Assembly: GCA_951406725.2 (NCBI GenBank)
Contig: OX597814.1
Coordinates: 13,950,001 to 14,014,000 of the forward strand
DNA: 64,000 bases
Reading direction: 5' to 3'
Origin: Octopus vulgaris
Lineage: Eukaryota
Below, in pieces: positions 54,450 through 64,000 of this stretch (position 1 is the first letter of the stretch; every line of letters begins with the position of its first letter). A model generated the notes under the pieces. The model did no database searches, was not told the DNA's origin, and saw only the letters and a list, made by a program, of their open reading frames with translations. The position numbers and the translations under genes were made by a program.

Positions 54450-55620
54450 AAAACTTCAGATATATAAGTTGGTATTCCGGATGCTTGGTACTCAACTAAA
54501 TTAGAGCTTAAGCGTGTGTCTATGACAAACTATTGATACGGCTGTGTAGGTGGAAATGCATATCATCTAAATGCAGTAACTCTTAGCAATGTTGGAGAAA
54601 CTGTGAATCATTCCCTATGCAGGTGACATTATCACTTTGATGGGTTCAGTGTCGTTGTATCAATTATATTCACAATGAATATCTTGGTGCTTGGACTGTT
54701 ATATAATGGATGTCGGCTCTATTTAAATGTTTTTACTACAGGATAGATACATGTATTTCTGCTCACTACATTCAGTTTATTCTTGAGTACCGAGAGACGC
54801 TATAGAAAAACCTGTGTTGACGTAATTTAGCTTTCTTATCGGGTTTCCTGTAAATTATGTACTGACTGGTGCTTAAATCTAGTGTTACTTCCAGGAAAAG
54901 TATAGTTTCTTTTGTGATACTAAATCCAAACCAAATTGTTATCTCTATAGTGCTCGCCTTAGTTTATGATGGCTACATATAGCCAAGGTGCAATTCCTCT
55001 ACTAATGACAGAAACATCTTACACAGTGTATCAAATACATACAGACGAATGATGCCACATATTTTGGTGCTGCTAAATTAACATTTTGAGTCGGTTCTTT
55101 CCATTCAGGTACAAGAATGTTTTGCATGCAGTCCTTATTTAGCAGCCATTTATTGTTGATATTGATTCAGATCTGCAAATCTGCATGAATCACTCCGTGT
55201 CACGATACATCTTTGCTAGCATGGGATTCATTGGCTTATATTGTACATTCTCACTATATTCAGAGTCGGTAGCTCTTGTTTCTTTCTTGAAAATGTCAAA
55301 CCGTTCAAGTTTTATATCCTTTAAACCGTATATAACGCATAGGAACGCTTCTCTTATTGCTTCTATAATCCACTTAAGCAATACAGAATAAAATGCCCTT
55401 CACATTCGAAACCTTTCTAAAATTACGGACCTAAAAATATTTTAACACTCGATTTGAATAGACCACCACGGACCAACAAAAAATATATGAAATGGTTTAC
55501 ACTAAGTGGTTTTCCATCGATTCTGCACAAAATCCTCGAGCACTTCGATATGCACAAAAGAAACGTTCCACTTATGATCAAATTTTGGGAATCGACCAAG
55601 CTGTATCTAATATTGTTGCT
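54450..55620 (-). mobile_element. Very old PLE remnant
   Basis: IEVLEDFVQNRWKT (N-terminal RMRWK-like) and FLEVTLDLSTSQYIIYRKPD (RT7/thumb). Confidence 0.6.
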
Positions 55621-56885
55621 GATATCCTATATCTCCTATCACCCTTCACATAATGAACTTAAATCTTCAACACGCGCTTATTCTTTTGTGGTACGGAATA
55701 GAATTTAATTCAAGGAGACAATGATCTGCATAAGCATATATGTGCTTTTATAATTTAATCTACACTTTATTTATTTTTATGCGAAATTTGTTTTGCCATA
55801 ATGTATTCCTTATATAAATATGTTTATATAAATATAAATATTATTATAAACATGCGTATAAATACGTATATATGTATATAAATACGTATCGATTGTCGAA
55901 ACGTGTTTATACAAAATTAGATGCAATTTATTCCTATATTTATTCAAACACACGTTAATATATTTTGAGAGAAATGAAACCTGTATATTACAAATAATCG
56001 CATATATCAGCAGAGGTTGTGTTTAAAATATTCTTATGCTGACATTTAATGTGTGTTTCTAAGTGTTTGTTGTGAGGATACATTTAAATCATTATATCAT
56101 TATTAGCGACAGAGAAATTTTTACGTAGGCATATATGCCATTCAGCAGCATCATTAGTTAACTGTGTGAGAGTAACTGAGGACGCCAATGATATTCATGT
56201 TATAGTTTATACAAATTTCCACGTTAATCATGTCGAGTAATATAACATCTGAGAAACATATCTATTCAATATCTGAGTTTTTGCTAAGTTGGCAATAATA
56301 TATGCTATGGCTCTTATGCACGAGTATTTGAAAATTGATTATATACGCAGGCGTGGGTGTGTATTAACAAGTTAGCTTCTCACCTACATTGTTACATAGT
56401 CAGCACCAGCATTTCTAGAAATAAATGTCAAAATTGACTTATCTATTGTCTTATCTATTAAATAACAAGGGAGACAACTTCCATACCGCAAGCGAGTGTC
56501 AGATCATCAGTGGTTTCGGATTTAATTAAACCTCATTATTAACACATATCATGTTTCCTAGGTTTAAAGTGATGTCGCCTTGTCATCAATCAGTAGGATT
56601 TGGTGAAACAGTAAGGTGAAAATTATAAATTATTAAGGTGACTAGTAGCAATTTATAAGCCAAAATGCACAAGTACTATCGTCATTACAGTGGCTGATAT
56701 TATAAGTCAGCACCAGAATTGCTAGAAATCATCGATGGTTTCAAACTATTGCTTGCTGCAGGGAGGTTGTCTCCCTTCCTTACCAGTCAACAGGTAAGTG
56801 TTTTGCACGTGGCTGAGAGTTGTCTTGACTCATATTTATAGCAATGCCGGAGCTGACTTGCATCCTTAGCCACTTACGCGATGAT

Positions 56886-56945
<60 letters not shown>

Positions 56946-56966
56946 TATATATATATACATACATAC

Positions 56967-57017
<51 letters not shown>

Positions 57018-57042
57018 CATATATATATATATACATATATAC

Positions 57043-57088
<46 letters not shown>

Positions 57089-57313
57089 GAAATATTAAAA
57101 TTACTAAGTCTCTCTAAAAGAGATTACGTCAGCGTTACTGGAAATTAATTGTTTTCGCCATATTAATACGGCAGACTTATAGATATAAGACTAAAGCTGT
57201 CGCTGATTAGCTCCATAAGGCCATCGCCTTAAGCTAGCTATTTGACACACAAACTGTGTCCATTATAACCTTCGAACAAGGGAGGTCAGCCGCTTCACAC
57301 TGCCAGTCAGACA

Positions 57314-57356
57314 GCTACAGACGCGTTTCAGGGTATTTGCCCTTTGTCAATGTAGC
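57314..57356 (-). ncRNA. Minimal type-I hammerhead ribozyme motif with U3-A8 core
   Basis: gctaca-TTGACAA-aggg(caaata)ccct-GAAA-cgcg-TC-tgtagc: perfect 6-bp stem I, 4-bp stem II, palindromic stem III, GUC site; the host fragment runs to (TA)n at ~57085. Confidence 0.82.
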
Positions 57357-57812
57357 GTAAATATGTATACGTAAATGACAAACAGTGAAAATTAGCCCTC
57401 AATACCGTATTGCTGAATAAAGATTATTTATTTGTGTGTTAAAGGTTAAAGCTACCTTTGGTTCCCTGTTATGAAAGATCTCAATAAATATTAAATCCAA
57501 TCGCATAGAGAGATAGGTGTTCATTTCCGTTTCGGATTAAGATGGATTAAATCCAAAATGGAGACGAGTACTAATTTTTCTGTACCATTGCCTTCAATAA
57601 TTGCTGAAATATTTCTTACGGTGGTACTAATTCTAGCTTTAACACACGAAGAAATGGGGCCATTATGTAAGACTATATACTCTTCAGGGTGGTGTCCCAG
57701 CATAGCTGTCATCTAATGTGTGGCACCTGTAAAATTTAAGAGAAAAGGCATGTAGACAAGCATATAAATATAAATTTTACTGGGGCTTTATATTGAAGTA
57801 TTCAGGGTAAAG

Positions 57813-57913
<101 letters not shown>

Positions 57914-58182
57914 TATGTATGTGTGTGTGCGTGTGTGTCTTTGTATATTTTATACATATATAGATACAGAAAATCACAAGAGACAGATAGGCAGAAAGAC
58001 AACTATATATACAAATTGAGATAGGGTTTGTAAATGCAACCCTCTATGGGATAACATATATCCAATATACTGCTAGTGAAGTACCCAACAAAGTTAATAC
58101 ATAAATGTTAAGAATTGCGATACAATTAATTCATTTATTGTATTATATGTGCAAAGGTAAAATGTTTTACCACAAATTCATA

Positions 58183-58684
58183 ATACAAAATAAGAAAATG
58201 GAGAAATACATCGAAATCAAATATCAATTACCAGATAATACTCAATCACATACTTTATTAAACCACCACATAAGAAACTATAAGGTTAAACATAATAATG
58301 TAGGGTAAAACAGTGTACATGAAGGAGTGTACATAAAATAGTAATGTTATACAATAAGTAGAATACGTATAATAGAAAATAAATATAAGTACACATAAAT
58401 ATATATTTATGTTATACAATAAGTAGAATACGTATAATAGAAAATAAATATAAGTACACATAAATATATATTTATGTGTACTTATATTTATTTTCTATTA
58501 TACGTATTCTACTTATTGTATAACATTACTATTTTATGTACACTCCTTCATGTACACTGTTTTACCCTACATTATTATGTTTAACCTTATAGTTTCTTAT
58601 GTGGTGGTTTAATAAAGTATGTGATTGAGTATTATCTGATAATTGATATTTGATTTCGATGTATTTCTCCATTTTCTTATTTTG

Positions 58685-58687
<3 letters not shown>
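58183..58687. repeat. Spacer-less palindrome of a PLE terminal fragment (220-bp arms plus a 65-bp duplication in the left arm)
   Basis: Centre at 58467/58468; one mismatch seen between arms; duplication period 58344 to 58409. Confidence 0.93.
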
Positions 58688-58715
<28 letters not shown>

Positions 58716-59087
58716 GTCTATTGATAGATATAATGATACATAGATAAGTAGAAATGTAGGATGATCGATAAGTAGGTAATCAGAGGTGGTAAGATAGATA
58801 TATAAATAGATATATAGATAAAGTGTTATAGAAACAGAGGAATAGATAAGGTGGATATCAAACTTCACTTGCGTTCACATTCCTTCACTTCGTTGCTATT
58901 ACTATACAGAAGATTGAATTTATGTATATCGTAGATAAGACCCTACATTACAACAAATAAGTAATATGCTCGAGAGAAGAAAATGACATGGCAGCAAAGA
59001 TATTGGTTTTATTCTACGGTGTGATGTTATTTTCAACAGTCTAACTTATTTTTCTGTTTACAAATATAAAGAGGGTTCAAAGTTTTG

Positions 59088-59235
59088 AGCTGGCTGCACT
59101 CCGGTCAAAATGCTAAGCGGCATTTCGTCCGGCGTTACGTCCTGTGTTCTAATTGCAACGATGTTGATTTTATTATTCTCCCTTTTGTGGTCGATAAAAT
59201 AAGTACAATTTGAGGACTGGAATCAATGTAATAAA
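59088..59235 (+). mobile_element. Degraded SINE family B
   Basis: gagctggc..aaatgctaagcggcatttcgtc..ggtcgataaaataagtac. Confidence 0.65.
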
Positions 59236-59567
59236 GTTGTCGAATATACGTGACACTACATATATACATTCATAAATACATAGATACAAAAAAACACACG
59301 CACACACATACACACACAGACACACACACTCACACAGAAAGGTGGGTGTGAGAAATACGTAGGTTTAAGGAAAGAAGGAGTAGGTGGCTTTTCTGCTGTC
59401 CATCACGAAGAAACACTCACACAGACACACAAACACACACACACACACGTAAATATACATCCATCCATACATACATACATATATACATACATACATACTT
59501 ACATATATATTATATGTCTACTATACAACATTCTGAAGTCGTGATTACCTGTGTATACGTTTATAAA

Positions 59568-59637
<70 letters not shown>

Positions 59638-60153
59638 ACGTCCTCTAACTATATATCTCCCAACATTTGTAGGATCTTCTCTGCTGCTGTCACAATTCTT
59701 TAAAATTACAAAATTTTTTAATTTGGTGTATTGAAATAATTTTCAACGTTAAATCCAATTTTGTTATTCATCTGTTCCTAACATCCACTTGAATTATAGG
59801 CGAATTAGATTTCAATAAAAATCCCCTCAGGGAGGAGGTTATAGCACATGTTCACAAATCAGCTAAGATAATCTACGACACGCGACAAAGCCAGATACAA
59901 TACGCGGACAATTCGTCACTGCATTTCTAAATCTATCTATTTATCTAATTTCTTTTAATTAGATGCATATTCGTTTGTTAAGATAACTATATATAGGGTC
60001 ATCTCTTATTCACCCACTAATTATTAGTTTAAAGCTGAGGAATAGTTCGAATTAATAGTTTGTAATACATATTTTTAACAATAAACTATTCCCATAAATT
60101 ATGAGTTGGGCATAAAGAGAGGAATTGAAGAGGAAACAGGATAGGACATAGAA

Positions 60154-60537
60154 TTGGAAGCACTCCGTCGGTTACGACGACGAGGGTTCCGGTTGATCCG
60201 ACCAACGGAACAGCCTGCTCGTGAAATTAACGTGTAAGTGGCTGAGCACTCCACAGTCACATGTACCCTTAACGTAGTTCTCGGAGATATTCAGCGTGAC
60301 ACATAGAGTGACAAGGCCGGCCCTGAGAAATACAGGTACAACAGAAACAGGAAGTAAGAGAGAGAGAAAGTTGTGGTGAAAGAGTACAGCAGGGATCACC
60401 ACCATCCCCTGCCGGAGCCTCGTGGAGCTTTAGGTGTTTTCGCTCAATAAACACTTACAACGCCCGGTCTGGGAATCGAAACCGCGATCCTACGACCGCG
60501 AACCGGTGCCTTAACCACTGGGCCATTGCGCCTCCAC
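60154..60537 (-). mobile_element. tRNA-derived SINE family C, full length, with 11-bp TSD
   Basis: A box tggcccagtgg, B box gtttcgattcc; TSD aggacatagaa at 60143-60153 and 60538-60548. Confidence 0.92.
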
Positions 60538-61825
60538 AGGACATAGAACAGTGTATTGGTGAACAGGAAGTGGGAATAACTCCCGCTTTCCGGGTATTAC
60601 TAGTGAACTCATTTATTTTACTCAGGTGCATATTCATTTGTTAAAATAATATTGGGACATTCCTAATTCACCCACTAATCGTATTGATAGTTTGTCATAG
60701 CTATTTCTAGTAATAAACTATTACCATAAAGGTTAATAAAATATTTAATGACTTAATTACATCTAACTCATTCTAGTAATTATATATTGACATAGGACTG
60801 AGGATAGGAACAGGAGCTCAACTAAAACGCCTATTGAACAGGAAACGGGATAGGACATGAAACAGTGAAATGGGATTGGGAGCTGGAAATGACTCCTACT
60901 TATCCGGGTATTACCAGGAAATTCAGTTAGTATATTTATATATTCATATGTTTGTCTATGTGAATGTTTCCGTGAATGCATGAATGTAAACATATGCTGG
61001 GATTAGTATACAATTCTATCTATATAAACGCATATATACATGCTTGCAAGCGTACACTCATACACACAGCCACATGAGCTCCACACATGTAACTGACAGA
61101 GACATACACAGATACATACTCACACATACATAGTTTATGTGTTTCCTTTACAATCAGATGATAATTGATATTGATACAAATTGTGCTTTGAATTCTGAAT
61201 ATAAACAATTTGTATATATCAGCATGGCCTTAGCATTAATCTAAAACTTGTAAAATGGTAAATGGAAGAGACATCATGATATACGTGAATGCTTATGTAC
61301 ACACACATATATACGTATATACTGCATGTACAGTTGTTTCTTACAAATGCGTGGAACCATACAATGTAGAAAGAAAATTTATGGATATAGTCAATATTAA
61401 ATTTCAGAATTTCTACATCCATTCATACACACGTAAACACAGACCCATACACGCAATATATATATATATATATACGTACATACATACATATATACATACA
61501 TGCATGCATACATACATACATGCATACATACATACGTACATACATACATACATACATACATACATACATACATACATACATACATACATACATACATACA
61601 TACATACATACATACATACATACATAGAAATATTTATATATAATTTCTCTATAAATTTAAAATATATTGCCGATAGTCACAATGCTGGAAGAAACATCTT
61701 CTCTATTTTAATATAATTAAAGATTACGTGTGCTGGAAAGCCCAATCCTTTTATTCTGCTGCTTAAATAACTTTTACATAACAGTATGAGAAATTATTTT
61801 CTCAGTATATCATAATATATATGTA

Positions 61826-62705
61826 GGAGGTCTGATCAATAAGTATCTTGACTGTTGCTATAGTAACGAAACTGAAGCACTCAGAGTGAGGTTGCTTGGC
61901 ACAGGTTGACCGTGACCTCTGCTCTGCATGTGCTTAAACTTTAAAACGTTCTAGCTCACTCACGCTGTTTACAACAGTGATGTGAAAGAAGGTGTGTAGC
62001 GTGTGATCGTTGCATTGACCATGACAGAGAAAGTTGTTATAGCGATACCGAGTCAGAAGCCTACGCAAAGTTGCAGAAAGTGTATAGAGATGAGTGTATG
62101 AACCGCACACAAGGTTTCAAAGATTTCCAAGATGGCCGAAAAAATGTCGATCTTGACGAATGTTATGAGAAAACCTCAACCAGCAGAACTGAGAAAAACA
62201 TCGCACATGTGCGTACAGGTGTGAGGGGAAATCATCGAATCACCAACCGTGAGTTATCAGAGAATGTGCAGATTAGTCACAGTTCATTTCAGTTCATCAT
62301 CAATTAAAATTTTGGTATAAGACAAGTGTCTGCCAATTTTGTGCCAAAACTGCTTTCAGCTGACCAAAAAGGCACTCGGATTTTAGTTACACAAGATCTC
62401 CCTGATTGTATCGAGTACGATGAAAACTTTTTGAAAACTTTGCGCAGGCCTCTGAGCAGGTAAATCAAGCTTTTCACAAACTTTGATGCAGATTCTCTGC
62501 TCAACTTACTTTGCCATTGCCAATGCAAAGATCACACGCTACACACCTTTCTTCCAATCAGTGTTGTAAGCAGCTAAAGTGAGCTATAACGGTAAAACTT
62601 AGTGTGCATGCACAGCAGGATTCAACACCAATCCATGGCAAGCGGCCTTACCCTGAGGGCCTCGTTATAATGGCAACAGTCCAGATGCTCATTGATCAGA
62701 CCACG
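61826..62705 (+). mobile_element. mariner derivative built from two 5' ends in inverted orientation
   Basis: TIR gaggtctgatcaataagtatc..gactgttgc at both ends; plus-strand N-terminal transposase (FQDGRKNV, FVPKLLSADQK); 62440-62705 is an inverted, diverged copy of 61826-62070. Confidence 0.85.
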
Positions 62706-62716
62706 CACGCACACAC

Positions 62717-62787
<71 letters not shown>

Positions 62788-62789
<2 letters not shown>

Positions 62790-63167
62790 AGCAAAATGCC
62801 CTCCGTCCAATGGACGGTGCTGAGTTGTCAAATACCAAATTTTCTCAAAACAACTTGTCCGACCGTCCATAGGCCTCCCCTACAGAGAAACAGTGATTTA
62901 ACCTACAGTTGAGACACCAATAAAATAAGAAATAAAGAGACTTTTTTCTATTCCAAGTAAAACAATTTTACAAATCCCCGTACCCATGGCTTTATCGATC
63001 GCATTCTCACCTGGAATCGACTTTTGTAATTTTTTCAAGACGTATACACGCCTTGATACCGTCGGTATCTACATATCAAATTTAAGCGCAATCGGATGGA
63101 AGATCCCCGAGATCCTAGAAGACACACACACACACACACACAGACAGAACGGATTTTATATAATAGA
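62788..63167 (-). mobile_element. Complete non-autonomous Helitron (~380 bp)
   Basis: 5' A|TCTATTATATAAAATCC followed by (TG)n; 3' hairpin ccgtcc-att-ggacgg then CTGG|T; inserted between A and T. Confidence 0.85.
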
Positions 63168-63287
63168 TATACCGTTTGTAGAAAGCAAACTCTCTAAGAT
63201 GTAGAACAGTATATATTAAAAATAGGGAATGTCGGTTTATGGGATTACCTTAGGTTTCCCGTCCATAAAAGGTTTAGCTTTATGACG

Positions 63288-63321
<34 letters not shown>

Positions 63322-63343
63322 TGTATGTATGTATGTATGTATG

Positions 63344-63374
<31 letters not shown>

Positions 63375-63778
63375 GTATGTATGTATGTATGAGGGAGAGG
63401 GAATGAAGCAGGAGAAGATTAGAAGGCTGAGTGATTCTCTTTGGTAATTTACGCAGGTGATTTTCAGGATGAAATTTGTTAAAAAAAAAGCTTCTCCTTA
63501 TGTAAAATTCGCACCCAAAAGCTTTCACAATTTCCGATATGGCCAGGGGAAATTGGTTTTCAATGTAATTGTATTTAGCTTAATTTCACTTACTTATAAT
63601 TAGATTTTATTAAATTTTCAAAAAATAAAAATAATTTCTGTTTAATAGGTATCACATTGAAAGCTATTAGATTACAAAATGTTTGTGTTGTTTATCATAA
63701 ACTTTATTTTACATTTCTTGCCCACTAGTGATTATATCTGATATTTAGCATACTGGTGTATGTCTTCTCAAATTTTTT

Positions 63779-64000
63779 GGAAGCACTCCATCGGTTACGA
63801 CGACGAGGGTTCCGGTTGATCCGAACCAACGGAACAGCCTGCTCGTGAAATTAACATGAAAGTGGTTGAGCAATCCACAGACACGTGTACCCTTAACGTA
63901 GTTCTCGGGGATATTCAGCGTGACACAGAGAGTGACAAGGCCGGCCCTTTGAAATACAGGTACAACAGAAACAGGAAGTAAGAGTGAGAGAAAGTTGTGG
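63779..64000 (-). mobile_element. SINE family C, 3' part (cut by the window end)
   Basis: Near identical to 60156-60376. Confidence 0.92.

Noticed and set aside
60460-60537. tRNA-like sequence
   Set aside because: It is the head of a SINE with body, tail and TSD, not a tRNA gene.

Overview
AT-rich eukaryotic DNA, most likely intergenic or intronic sequence from a coleoid cephalopod (Octopus-like, inferred from the SINE families and the very dense (TA)n/(CA)n/(TAGA)n microsatellites). No intact host gene, rRNA, true tRNA or CRISPR array can be supported; most listed ORFs are microsatellite artefacts. The window is a nest of decayed transposable elements: Penelope-like elements (PLEs; one fairly young RT+GIY-YIG copy and several old ones), mariner, maT (DD37D) and rosa-like (DD41D) transposons, CR1 and RTE LINEs, a Gypsy remnant, Helitrons and three tRNA-SINE families. 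The most striking signal is more than a dozen minimal type-I hammerhead ribozyme (HHR)-like motifs from several unrelated families, nearly all in short elements abutting (TA)n tracts. Three have a compensatory U3-A8 core. One family forms a 561-bp, HHR-bearing, highly self-complementary unit in tandem and inverted array (9848-11538), a candidate non-LTR retrozyme / circular RNA. All structures were read by eye and need computational and experimental confirmation.
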